Part shown: one piece after another, positions 54,122 to 63,305 of the stretch
Layout: the number at the start of each line of letters is the position of its first letter
Numbering within the stretch: the stretch's first letter is position 1
Source of the DNA: an uncultured Candidatus Bathyarchaeia archaeon
GTDB taxonomy: Archaea > Thermoproteota > Bathyarchaeia > Bathyarchaeales > Bathyarchaeaceae
Direction of reading: 5' to 3'
Length of the DNA stretch: 64,000 nt
Assembly (NCBI GenBank): GCA_964655075.1
Contig: CAZZLD010000006.1
Span: 21,045-85,044 of the forward strand
Program-made: the position numbers and the translations under genes
Notes under the pieces: generated by a model
The model's input: only the letters and a program-made list of their open reading frames with translations
Database searches by the model: none
Told to the model about the DNA's origin: nothing

Positions 54122-56356
54122 ATGTTGGAAATTAAGGCTCTATCAGTGCCGGAATCCGTTAAAGCGGTCATAGTCAAGTCGGGAGTCACAGAGCTTTATC
54201 CTCCGCAAGTGGACGCAATAAAAGCCGGAGTCCTAAAAGGTAAAAACCTTGTTTTGGCGAGTCCCACGGCTTCAGGCAAAACCCTCATCGCTGAGCTTTG
54301 TGCCTTAAAGCACGTTTTGGAAAAAGACGGGAAAGTTCTTTACTTATCGCCTTTGCGGGCTTTAGCCAATGAGAAGTTTGAGGAGTTTAAGCGTTACGCG
54401 GCTGTTCGCAAGGGAGATGGAAGGCGGTTTCGCGTGGGCATAAGCACTGGCGACTACGACAGTAGCGATTCGTGGCTCGGCAGATACGACGTGATCGTCA
54501 CAACCAACGAGAAGGCGGATTCGCTTCTGAGGCACCGTGCGCGGTGGATGGACGACATCTCCCTAGTGGTTGCAGACGAAGTGCATCTGCTTAATGACGC
54601 CGACCGCGGACCGACATTGGAGGTGGTTCTCGCCCGCCTTATGCAGATTAACCCCGCTGTTCAGTTGCTGGCTCTAAGCGCCACGGTGAAGAACGCGGAG
54701 GAGGCGGCTGAATGGCTGAAGGCTGGCTCGGTTACCACCGACTGGCGCCCCGTTGTGCTCAAGGAAGGAGTGCTGGTCCACAACGAGGCTCAGTTTAAAG
54801 ACGGAAGCGCCTTGAAGATCGAAGGAACCACGAGGAATCCTGCTATAAACTTGGCTTTGCACAGCGTACGTCACGGCGGTCAGGCACTCATTTTCGCGGG
54901 GACCAGACGGAGTGCGGTTGGCTTAGCTCGACAAGTCTCTGGGGCTTTAAAGGGGTTTGTTTCCAAGTCGATGAAGCGGGCTTTAACTCGGGTTTCTGAA
55001 AGGGTTTTAGCGGCAGGCGAAAGGACGCGGTTTAGCGAGTTGTTGGCTGAGCTTGTCCAACATGGGGCGGCTTTTCATCACGCTGGGTTAGGCGGCGCTC
55101 ACAGAAGGATAATTGAAGATGCCTTTCGGGAGGGCAAGATTAAGGTTTTGACTGCTACTCCCACTCTAGCTTTCGGCGTTAACTTGCCCGCTCGGATGGT
55201 GGTTGTCTCCAGTTACAGGCGGTATGAGCCCGGCTACGGCTATTATCCAATCGCGGTTTTGGAGTATAAGCAGATGGCGGGGCGGGCTGGGCGTCCTCGC
55301 TACGACAAAACCGGGGAGGCTCTGCTTGTCGCTAAGACCGAGGATGAACGGGATTACCTGATGGAAAGCTACGTGTTAGCTGAGCCTGAGCGAATTTGGT
55401 CCAAGCTGGCTGTAGAGCGCATTCTCCGAGGTCACGTTTTGGCCACTGTCGCCGCTGACTTTGCACACACGGAGCAGGGAATCTACGAGTTCTTCGGCAA
55501 GACGTTCTATGCGTATCAGTATGATCCCCGCGCCATTAAGGAGGTCATCGCGAAGATTCTACAGTTTCTCTACAAGGAACAGATGATCGAAGTGGAGAGC
55601 AGGAATGTTTTGGCTACCGATTTTGGTCGCCGCGTCTCCGAGTTGTACCTCGATCCCGTTTCGGCAGTCATGATCCGCGAGGCTCTGTTCAACCGAGCGC
55701 CAGAACTAACCCCTCTAAGCTTTCTGCACATGATCGCCCACACGCCGGACATGTTTCCTAAGCTTCGTCCATATCAGAGAGAAACGGAGAATCTCAGTTT
55801 GTTTATGGATGAACATCGGAACGAGTTTATGTTCGAGGTGCCTGACGAGTGGGCGGACATGATGGCTTACGAGGAGTTCCTCGGCGAAGTTAAGCTCGCG
55901 TGGGTGCTAAATTCTTGGATGGAGGAAGTGACGGAGGACGAAATCATTGAGCGGTTCCGTGTTCAGCCCGGCGACTTGTACCGCCTCATAGAGACCGCCC
56001 GCTGGCTCCTGTACGGATCGCACGAGCTTAGCCGCCTTCTTGGGCACAAGGATCTTCTGCGTCCTTTGGCTAACTTGACAGAACGCGTTAAGCGAGGCGT
56101 GAAAGCTGAACTTCTTCCGTTAGTTAAGCTGAAGGGCGTCGGCAGGGTCAGGGCGCGGGTCCTCTATAATTCGGGTTTGAAGTCCATAAGCGATTTGAAG
56201 AAGGCGCCTCTAGAAAAGCTGACCACGCTTCCTTTGATTGGACCTAGGCTCGCTAAGAGCATTAAGGAGCAGGCTGGCGGGTACATCAAGTCCAAGGACT
56301 GGAAGAAGCTGAAGAAGGGAGACGAGTGGGCGCAGCAGGCTTTAACCGAGTACTGA
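54122..56356 (+). CDS. hel308: Ski2-like DNA helicase Hel308 (Hjm)
   Basis: Walker A ASPTASGKT, DEVH box VADEVHLL, LSATV and QMAGRAGRP are present. The C-terminal ratchet and HhH domains include VKLKGVGRVRARVLYNSG. 744 aa. Confidence 0.95.
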   Translation: MLEIKALSVPESVKAVIVKSGVTELYPPQVDAIKAGVLKGKNLVLASPTASGKTLIAELCALKHVLEKDGKVLYLSPLRALANEKFEEFKRYAAVRKGDGRRFRVGISTGDYDSSDSWLGRYDVIVTTNEKADSLLRHRARWMDDISLVVADEVHLLNDADRGPTLEVVLARLMQINPAVQLLALSATVKNAEEAAEWLKAGSVTTDWRPVVLKEGVLVHNEAQFKDGSALKIEGTTRNPAINLALHSVRHGGQALIFAGTRRSAVGLARQVSGALKGFVSKSMKRALTRVSERVLAAGERTRFSELLAELVQHGAAFHHAGLGGAHRRIIEDAFREGKIKVLTATPTLAFGVNLPARMVVVSSYRRYEPGYGYYPIAVLEYKQMAGRAGRPRYDKTGEALLVAKTEDERDYLMESYVLAEPERIWSKLAVERILRGHVLATVAADFAHTEQGIYEFFGKTFYAYQYDPRAIKEVIAKILQFLYKEQMIEVESRNVLATDFGRRVSELYLDPVSAVMIREALFNRAPELTPLSFLHMIAHTPDMFPKLRPYQRETENLSLFMDEHRNEFMFEVPDEWADMMAYEEFLGEVKLAWVLNSWMEEVTEDEIIERFRVQPGDLYRLIETARWLLYGSHELSRLLGHKDLLRPLANLTERVKRGVKAELLPLVKLKGVGRVRARVLYNSGLKSISDLKKAPLEKLTTLPLIGPRLAKSIKEQAGGYIKSKDWKKLKKGDEWAQQALTEY

Positions 56357-56478
56357 ACTGATGGTGAGACTGGACCCTATAGTTCTATTTGCTATTAACT
56401 AGGCTCCAAATATAAAGGGATAAAAAAATAAGAAAAATTGGGAGAATGTTAACGGATGATCGTTATCGGGTTGTTCTT

Positions 56479-56592
56479 CTATCGTCTTCTATGTTTCTGG
56501 TAGCATTCTCTACAGTAGATCGGTCGCCCTTCCGTAGGTTTGAACGGAACTTCGCATTCTTCGCCGCAGTCGCTGCAAACGGCTTTGTACAT
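56479..56592 (-). CDS. CxxC-x17-CxxC zinc-ribbon mini-protein (37 aa), absent from the supplied ORF track
   Basis: My translation of the minus strand gives MYKAVCSDCGEECEVPFKPTEGRPIYCRECYQKHRRR. This matches the conserved C..CG....VPF.P...RP.YC..CY domain (TIGR04272-like, from memory). The plus-strand track ORF at 56446-56682 is its antisense. Confidence 0.7.
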   Translation of the reverse strand: MYKAVCSDCGEECEVPFKPTEGRPIYCRECYQKHRRR

Positions 56593-56809
56593 CTTTCGGG
56601 GACCGAATCCGCGTCTTTCATAACTCAACTACTTTTCACCACTTTTGCTCTAGTTATACATTCGACCCTACCTGAAAAGTAGAATCTAACTGTATACTGC
56701 CTACAACGTAACGAAACAACCCCTAAATAAACCTATGCCTATCAAAATCGGGTTACAAAATAAAGAATTTGTTTTAGATTCACCAATGCAAGTTTTGACT
56801 AGAGCGCCC

Positions 56810-57517
56810 CTATAGTCCTTTGAATTCCTTAATAATCTCGTTAATCTTGCATGCTGCTGGCTTCAGCTCTTTTTCTGGGCAGTAACCCAACATCACACAC
56901 GAAGGACCCGCATCCTCAAAAATCGCAGGAGCCACCCGTTTCACCTGCTTAAGCATTTCCATCGCCATCTGCCGTATCTCCCACTGAGCCCTCCTGCAGC
57001 ACCGCAAGTTGAAGAAGTGGCGCAGTTCTCGGGCGTTCATAGTTATCAAAATGTTGGTTTTCGCCGCGTTAGGCAGAACATACCGTGCGTCCTCCTCCGG
57101 CACGCCTCGCTTTAGCAATCCTTGATAGGCATCCGTTATTTTCGCCAATGTTTCCTCCAACATCTTTCTAGTTTCTGCGTTTTCCCGGATGCTTTCAGGA
57201 ACCACGTAATGGTTTAACGCGCTGTATGGAACATACCGCTGGCTCTGCTGTGTAAAAGTTGCAATGCGGTGCCTAACTAGCTGGTGGGTCAAAGCCCGCG
57301 AAACGCCCTCAACGCTGAAGGTGAAAGAAGCATGTTCTATAACCGACAGATGACCGTAACCCATAACCCGCCTAAGCGTTCTACGCGCCTTCTCTAGGTC
57401 CAGCTTCTCAATCAGCTTAGAGGTCCCATCGCTTTTGTAGGAGGTTTGAGCCGCCGCAGCGCAAAGCAGTTCAGGATCAGGCGTAAACTGCAAAAGTTTA
57501 ACCTTCAAGCCATTCAC
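56810..57517 (-). CDS. thyX: FAD-dependent thymidylate synthase ThyX
   Basis: ThyX motif RHRIATFTQQSQRY is present. 235 aa. Confidence 0.95.
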   Translation of the reverse strand: MNGLKVKLLQFTPDPELLCAAAAQTSYKSDGTSKLIEKLDLEKARRTLRRVMGYGHLSVIEHASFTFSVEGVSRALTHQLVRHRIATFTQQSQRYVPYSALNHYVVPESIRENAETRKMLEETLAKITDAYQGLLKRGVPEEDARYVLPNAAKTNILITMNARELRHFFNLRCCRRAQWEIRQMAMEMLKQVKRVAPAIFEDAGPSCVMLGYCPEKELKPAACKINEIIKEFKGL

Positions 57518-57652
57518 ACTTCCGCTCTACCTTGTTGCTGAAGCTAATAAAAAGCCTTCTCGACCTTAAAAAACCCGTTCTAACACATACCGCGGGTATA
57601 ACAGAGAAAAACTAATAGTTAAAGAACCCGAACAGTCGGCGTGTAAATTTTT

Positions 57653-57787
57653 TTACCATTGCGACTTTTCGTATTTCTCGTACTTCTCCCTTGGAACGTG
57701 CTCCGGTGCACCCACGGGGGTCCCGCACTTCGGACAGAAGCGGGGGTCTTCCGGCAACTTGGTTCCACATTTAGCGCAGTAAGGCAA
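57653..57787 (-). CDS. Small zinc-ribbon protein (~44 aa), absent from the ORF track
   Basis: My translation of the minus strand gives (TTG)PYCAKCGTKLPEDPRFCPKCGTPVGAPEHVPREKYEKYEKSQW. The start is uncertain; another in-frame TTG lies 27 nt upstream. Confidence 0.5.
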   Translation of the reverse strand: MPYCAKCGTKLPEDPRFCPKCGTPVGAPEHVPREKYEKYEKSQW

Positions 57788-57922
57788 CCCTAAATCACCA
57801 ACTAAAAGTAACAACCATGCACATATAAAGAACTATCGCTTGCAACAAACCACCTAACATGCCTCAAACAAGCAAGTTTAAAAACCCTAATTTATGTTAA
57901 CAGTAGTGGAGAGAAACTGGAT

Positions 57923-58462
57923 TTGAGTGAGAAAAAAGGCTTATACGAGAAAGCGAAGGATGAAAGGTCGCTTTTCGAGAGGATTCTATCGGTGCTTCCT
58001 GGCTTCCGAGGGTACAAAGAAAAGGAGCTGCGGAGAGAATCTGATAAGCTTATCCGAAACCAAATTTATGGAGAACTGGAGAAAGCCCGAGCGGACCTGA
58101 AAGACACCTTCCAGAAGCTTTCAACCCAACATATAGATGAAGTCCTAACGGACATGGACCACCTCATCATGAGGTTCGACCGAGTGGCGGAAAAAATAAA
58201 CCACGCTTCATACGGTTACGCCGGGTTCTTTGACATCCTGAAAGTTCAAGAGGAAAAGCTTGACAAAATGGTTGCTTTCGACAGCGGTCTCATCAACCAA
58301 GTGAAGGAGATCGTTGACGAATCGGAATCCCTTAAAAAGGAGGCTGTGAAAGGCGTCTTTGAACACGCGAAGGAGCGTCTTCAAAAAATACAGGAACTGC
58401 TAGACTCACTAGAAGAAACTTTTGATGAAAGAGAAGAAATAATCTTAGGAGTGAAGGAGTGA
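57923..58462 (+). CDS. Hypothetical all-helical protein (179 aa), first gene of the YdjI-like operon
   Basis: TTG start. Charged heptad-like sequence with LPGFRGYKEKELRRESDKLIR. No family recognised. 8 nt upstream of the SPFH gene. Confidence 0.6.
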   Translation: MSEKKGLYEKAKDERSLFERILSVLPGFRGYKEKELRRESDKLIRNQIYGELEKARADLKDTFQKLSTQHIDEVLTDMDHLIMRFDRVAEKINHASYGYAGFFDILKVQEEKLDKMVAFDSGLINQVKEIVDESESLKKEAVKGVFEHAKERLQKIQELLDSLEETFDEREEIILGVKE

Positions 58463-58469
58463 ACGCAAG

Positions 58470-59444
58470 ATGGCTCAAGTAATCGAATGGAAGAACCCCA
58501 CGTCCGAGGATGTAGTTTGGAGATATCCCGTAGAAGATATAACTTGGGGCGCTCAACTCATCGTCCACGAGTATGAGGCCGCGGTCTTCTTCAGAGACGG
58601 AAAAGCCTACGACGTGTTCGGTCCTGGAAGGCACACGCTTACGACCCTGAATCTGCCGTTGCTGACCAAAGTTCTCTCCCGCATCGCGGGCTACAAGGAA
58701 ACTCCGTTTAAGGCATTCGTCATCTTCATATCAACCCGCATCTTCGCCGGGAAATACGGAACCCAAGCGCAAACAACCGAGCTGGCGCCGCTGCAAGTCC
58801 ACGGGGCCTTCTGGTCCAAGGTGGAGAACCCCCAGCTGTTCGTTATGGAAGTCGTCGGCGGGCAGAACGCCTACACCACAAGCGACATAAACAACTACCT
58901 CCGCGGGTTCCTGAACGAAAAAATAATCGACGAACTTTCGAAGTATGACCTGCTCACGGTTTTCACGAAGCTGGACGAAACCTCCGTCACAGTGAAGAAC
59001 GCTGTTTTGGACGCCTTCAGAAGAATCGGGCTTGACCTCACGGACCTCCGCTTCGAGGGAATCGACACAACCGAAGAATACCGCAAGATGCTGTTCTGGC
59101 TCAAAACTGGGCGCGTCCCACCTGAAGAAGTCCTACGCATGAAGACAGGCGTAGAAATCTCTAAGGAACTCGCCAAATCGTCAGGAGCAGCAATAGGAAC
59201 CGGCATGGTCCTCATACCTCAGATCATGTCGCAAACCGGAGTAGGCACCGCTCCCGTGCCAGCCGCCGCCCTAATCGTCTGCCCCAAATGCAACGCGCGG
59301 GTACCCGCCGCATCAAAATTCTGTCCAGAATGCGGAGCCACAATAGCGGCACCGATAACTACGACTAAGAACTGCCCGAAATGCGGGCACTCGGTGCTGA
59401 CAACCGCCAAGTTCTGCCCAGAATGCGGAGAGAAACTCCAATAA
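58470..59444 (+). CDS. SPFH (stomatin/prohibitin)-family protein with C-terminal double zinc ribbon (YdjI / COG4260-like)
   Basis: The N-terminus IEWKNPTSEDVVWRYP...GAQLIVHEYEAAVFFRDGKAYDVFGPGRHTL is typical of COG4260. The C-terminus is CPKCNARVPAASKFCPECG...CPKCGHSVLTTAKFCPECG. Confidence 0.8.
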   Translation: MAQVIEWKNPTSEDVVWRYPVEDITWGAQLIVHEYEAAVFFRDGKAYDVFGPGRHTLTTLNLPLLTKVLSRIAGYKETPFKAFVIFISTRIFAGKYGTQAQTTELAPLQVHGAFWSKVENPQLFVMEVVGGQNAYTTSDINNYLRGFLNEKIIDELSKYDLLTVFTKLDETSVTVKNAVLDAFRRIGLDLTDLRFEGIDTTEEYRKMLFWLKTGRVPPEEVLRMKTGVEISKELAKSSGAAIGTGMVLIPQIMSQTGVGTAPVPAAALIVCPKCNARVPAASKFCPECGATIAAPITTTKNCPKCGHSVLTTAKFCPECGEKLQ

Positions 59445-59460
59445 CCATGGAGGAACGGTA

Positions 59461-59805
59461 ATGGCGAAGGACTCGTCAGTGCTTTCAATAGGCGTCTTCA
59501 TCATAATCCTAGCGCTTTCCATAGCCGCCTTCGCCACTGGACTCATCACATTCATCGAAATCGTTCCGATGGTCTTCGCTCTCTTCGGCGGTTGGATCAT
59601 GATCCTCGCGGGAATCAGCGCCTCAAAACCACAAAAATACGCGCCGAGCCCCTTCAGCACCTTCGCATGGGGCACCCTAGTCATGGCAGTCGGCGTTGTG
59701 TGGCTTCTAGCCTCTCAAATTGGCATCCTCTATTCAATCGTGGCACTGCTGCTGATCTTAGGGCTCCTAGTAGTGGTTGCAGTGCTCCGCCCACAGAAAA
59801 AATAA
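59461..59805 (+). CDS. Small membrane protein (4 TM), third gene of the operon
   Basis: 114 aa, almost entirely hydrophobic. 17 nt downstream of the SPFH gene. Confidence 0.6.
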   Translation: MAKDSSVLSIGVFIIILALSIAAFATGLITFIEIVPMVFALFGGWIMILAGISASKPQKYAPSPFSTFAWGTLVMAVGVVWLLASQIGILYSIVALLLILGLLVVVAVLRPQKK

Positions 59806-59862
59806 GCGATTGCTTTAAGGCTCTAAGACGTGTGTATTAAAGCCTAAGCAGAGGAGAAACAA

Positions 59863-60009
59863 GTGAAAGACATCTGTGGCTGTGAATGGGAAATTAAAGG
59901 CGGCGTCTGGATTAGAACTCACACATGCGCAGAGCACCGTAAACCCAAGCCTAAACGACCCAAAAGACCAAAAGCAGAATGCATGCGAAGCGGCGGAGCA
60001 TGGGACTAA
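59863..60009 (+). CDS. Possible Cys/His-containing basic mini-protein (48 aa)
   Basis: The GTG at 59863 is preceded by GAGGAG 6 nt upstream. My translation is MKDICGCEWEIKGGVWIRTHTCAEHRKPKPKRPKRPKAECMRSGGAWD. It competes with track ORF 59876-60094 in another frame. Neither is verified. Confidence 0.3.
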   Translation: MKDICGCEWEIKGGVWIRTHTCAEHRKPKPKRPKRPKAECMRSGGAWD

Positions 60010-60350
60010 TCCTAAACTTATCTGTTTTCCAGACAGGCGTTTATATTTGTTCTGCGGGAACTCCTTCAGGCGTGTAAGCCGTATAATAACTTAAGCCACT
60101 TTTTATCCGTCTCTTAACCCTTGGATAATCCGGAAGACTCTCAGAAAAGAACCCTAAGTATAGGACTCATGTAAGAAGAACCTCTAAGGCTTTGAAAAGA
60201 TTAGAGTTTAACATATTTTGGGTCTATGAGAATGAAGATGTCAGACTACAAGATTTCTCATGAACTTTCCGATGTTTAACTATGATTCAAACGTTATATA
60301 TTTAAAGAATTTTACATAGATGAAAAAGAAGCATTTAATATAAGAACAAT

Positions 60351-60767
60351 ATGAAGGCATTTCTTATGAGTGTAACCATATTGGAAGGGATAGTTATTGG
60401 CGGTGTGGGGGGAGCTATCGCAGGTTTAACAATATGGCTCGTCCAATTGTTAAAGGAAAAAGTAACGGAGAACAGACACAAAAAAAGATTATATAACTGG
60501 TTATACAAAAAAACAGAACAGCATAAGCGGTTAACTGTTGGCGCACCTAATGATCCACGATGGGTATCCACAATAGAAATAGCTAGCTATACTAATTTAA
60601 CCCCCGATAGAGTTCGATATATTTGTAGTGCCCATAAAGAGATTAGGCTCAAGATGGAAAATGATACTTGGAGAGGCGAATCTTTGGAAGAGAAATGGGG
60701 TATACGTGAGTTCGTCGATAAGAGGGTGGAGACAAATCAAAAGCAACATAAGAGAAACAACTTATGA
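60351..60767 (+). CDS. Hypothetical protein: N-terminal TM helix plus HTH-like C-terminal region
   Basis: The TM segment is ILEGIVIGGVGGAIAGLTIWLVQLL. WVSTIEIASYTNLTPDRVRYICSAH resembles a helix-turn-helix. The segment is AT-rich. Confidence 0.55.
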   Translation: MKAFLMSVTILEGIVIGGVGGAIAGLTIWLVQLLKEKVTENRHKKRLYNWLYKKTEQHKRLTVGAPNDPRWVSTIEIASYTNLTPDRVRYICSAHKEIRLKMENDTWRGESLEEKWGIREFVDKRVETNQKQHKRNNL

Positions 60768-60776
60768 GGTGTTAAA

Positions 60777-61472
60777 ATGTCAGAATCTGAAATTCATTGC
60801 AATATAAAGAAAGCGTTAGCTGAAATGGTGCATGGAATTATCGAGGAAGGCATACTCAATTTACCGTTTGAGTATATACCAGATGTAATGGCCATAAGGA
60901 AGGGCACGCTTCATTTATTTGAAATTGAAACTTTGAAGAGCTATCAGAATAAAATTGATAGAATAAACGAAGTTAAGAAACGTCTAGGAGCTAAAAGCAT
61001 TGTTGTCATACCCGATTATTACAAGACAATTGATGAATTGTGGTTATGGAAACAGAAACGTGAATTATCCACAACTGCTGGTGAGGTTTTAGAGCCTTTA
61101 AGACTAGACGGTAAGTATAGGGCGTATAAACTGCCTTACCGTAAGGCAGATGAAGAAAAAGGTGGCTGGATTAAAGCACGTGGAGTAATAGAAGGGGAAA
61201 AAATAGGTGAATTTACTCAGTTAAAAAACTGGGTTCAATATATGAGTGGTATACAAGAATCGGAACATGTTGACACGGTTGAACGTTATAACATCTTCGT
61301 TGGTATAAACAAATACAAAGGTAAAACGTATGTATTTATGGCGAAAGTAACCGATAAGGGTTTCGTTGGTCAGTTCTTTATGCAAACTCCTGAGCTTTGG
61401 GTCAAATCAATTTCAGCGTTGCATAAATACATCAAACAGTTTCAAGAGGACCCAAGTTATATAGAATCCTGA
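60777..61472 (+). CDS. Hypothetical protein (231 aa), possible PD-(D/E)xK-like N-terminal domain
   Basis: 9 nt after the upstream gene. The N-terminus has helix-E (ALAEMVHG), IPDVMAI and LHLFEIETLK, laid out like a restriction-endonuclease fold but without a clean ExK. The C-terminal 130 aa are unknown. Confidence 0.55.
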   Translation: MSESEIHCNIKKALAEMVHGIIEEGILNLPFEYIPDVMAIRKGTLHLFEIETLKSYQNKIDRINEVKKRLGAKSIVVIPDYYKTIDELWLWKQKRELSTTAGEVLEPLRLDGKYRAYKLPYRKADEEKGGWIKARGVIEGEKIGEFTQLKNWVQYMSGIQESEHVDTVERYNIFVGINKYKGKTYVFMAKVTDKGFVGQFFMQTPELWVKSISALHKYIKQFQEDPSYIES

Positions 61473-61682
61473 GCTTTTTAGGTCTTAGTTATGAGAAATA
61501 GCTTAATTTTTCTTTATAGTTTTTGTCTGCTCATGCTTCTCGAACCACAAGCTTTTCAATCGCCTTGTACCTAGCAACCGCATCGTATAACGACAAACCA
61601 GCGACCCTATCAATGCTGACTGCGAAAACATTAATGGTGAAACTGTTTTATTTACGCCTAGAGAATTATTGTAGCGGAACTG

Positions 61683-63305
61683 ATGGAAAAGGAAACTTCG
61701 GCTATGACGGAGAAGATCATCGGTCACGGCACATGGTACGACAAGATGGCTGCGAAGATAGTTAAGCGAGAGCAGAAGCTGGGCAGAAGCCTAGACTTAA
61801 TCCGAACCGAGATGGGCATAGCTGCTTCTGGTTTTCCTCACATCGGTAACTTAAGCGATGCAGCTAGGTCTTTTGCTGTGACTTTAGCCCTTAGAGAACA
61901 GGGCTATAATTCTGAGCTTGTTGCTTTTGCTGACGATAGGGATGGATTAAGAAAGGTTCCCGTCGGCTCGCCGAAATCTCTAGAGAAACATCTAGGTCGC
62001 CCTGTAACAGACATTCCAGACCCTTATGGGTGCCACAAAAGCTATGGTGAACACATGACCTCCTTGCTTCTCGAAGCCTTAGACAAGTGTAGAATCGAAT
62101 ACAAATTCATGTCAGCCACAGAAGTTTACAGAAAAGGACTGTTCAACAAAGAAATCAAGGCTATACTTCTGAGCGCAAAGGAAATAGGAAAAATAATCAA
62201 GGAAGAGGTTGGACAGGAAAAGTTTCTGGAAGCCCTCCCCTATTTCGCTGTATGCGAAAACTGTGGACGCATATACACTACTAAAGCCTACGATTTTCTG
62301 CCAAAGGAGAACAAAATCCTCTACCTATGCGAAGGAATGGAAGTCAAAAGGCGGTGGCTGGAAGGATGCGGCTACAAAGGCGAAGCAGACTATACGAAAG
62401 GGGAAGGAAAGCTGAGTTGGAAGGCTGGAGAATTCGCTGTCAGATGGAAAGCTTTAGACATAAGGTTCGAAGCCTACGGAAAAGAAGTCGCCGATTCAGT
62501 GCGGGTAAACGACCGCATATGCCGAGAAATATTCAACTGGGAACCGCCGTCTCATGCGAAATACGAACTGTTCCTAGACAAAAGCGGCAAAAAACTTTCA
62601 AAATCAACTGGGAGAGTATTCACCCCGCAAACATGGTTCAAATACGGATCCCCGCAGTCCCTCCTGCTGCTCATGCTTAAGAGATTTGTTGGGACCCGCG
62701 CGCTTTCCGTAACCGACATACCGCAGTACATGAATGAGCTCGACGAGTTGGAGGACGTATACTTCGGGAAGCGGAAGGTTCCGGACGAACGGGAAAAAGC
62801 GAAGCTTAGCGGTCTGTACTTGTACTGTTGGGGGCTGAAGCCGCCATCTCAGCCGAGTGTTCACGCGCCCTATAACCTCCTCGCATACTTAGCCAAGGTG
62901 GCTCCGAAAGGGTCGGAAAACGAGTTTATAGCCGAAAAACTCCGCGACTACAGGTACTTAAAGGACGGGTTATCCGAGGACCTGAAGAGCCGTGTTGAGT
63001 ATGCGCGGAACTGGGCGCGAGACTTCGCGGAAATAAAGGAACAGGCTGTGGAGCTGAGCAGTGAGGAGATCGATGCGGTTAGGGAGCTCATCCAAGTTCT
63101 GCAGACGGAAGCAGACGAAGAGGAGATTCAGGGCGCCATCTTCGACACGGCGAGAAAACACGGCGTCAAACCGAAACGGTTCTTCAGGCTCCTATACACC
63201 GTGCTCTTAGGCGCATCCTCAGGACCGAGGCTGGGACCCTACATCGTCGCCATGGGAAGAAAAAACGTAATCAACGCGCTGGAACGAGCAGTAAAGAAAC
63301 CCTAA
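61683..63305 (+). CDS. lysK: Lysine--tRNA ligase, class I
   Basis: The class-I signatures are PHIGN (HIGH-like) and KLSKS (GKKLSKSTG). 540 aa. The start may be Met-8 (61704). Confidence 0.95.
   Translation: MEKETSAMTEKIIGHGTWYDKMAAKIVKREQKLGRSLDLIRTEMGIAASGFPHIGNLSDAARSFAVTLALREQGYNSELVAFADDRDGLRKVPVGSPKSLEKHLGRPVTDIPDPYGCHKSYGEHMTSLLLEALDKCRIEYKFMSATEVYRKGLFNKEIKAILLSAKEIGKIIKEEVGQEKFLEALPYFAVCENCGRIYTTKAYDFLPKENKILYLCEGMEVKRRWLEGCGYKGEADYTKGEGKLSWKAGEFAVRWKALDIRFEAYGKEVADSVRVNDRICREIFNWEPPSHAKYELFLDKSGKKLSKSTGRVFTPQTWFKYGSPQSLLLLMLKRFVGTRALSVTDIPQYMNELDELEDVYFGKRKVPDEREKAKLSGLYLYCWGLKPPSQPSVHAPYNLLAYLAKVAPKGSENEFIAEKLRDYRYLKDGLSEDLKSRVEYARNWARDFAEIKEQAVELSSEEIDAVRELIQVLQTEADEEEIQGAIFDTARKHGVKPKRFFRLLYTVLLGASSGPRLGPYIVAMGRKNVINALERAVKKP

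Noticed and set aside
56446-56682. 78-aa plus-strand track ORF
   Set aside because: The opposite strand encodes a textbook CxxC-x17-CxxC mini-protein at 56479-56592. The plus-strand product has no features and is most likely its antisense shadow.
59876-60094. 72-aa track ORF in the 59.8-60.3 kb gap
   Set aside because: The composition is not protein-like and there is no SD-like sequence. An alternative 48-aa ORF in another frame has better signals, but neither is proven.
61503-61765. Track ORFs 61503-61727 (-) and 61523-61765 (+) upstream of lysK
   Set aside because: They overlap each other and the lysK start region and have no motifs. This is likely promoter/leader sequence.
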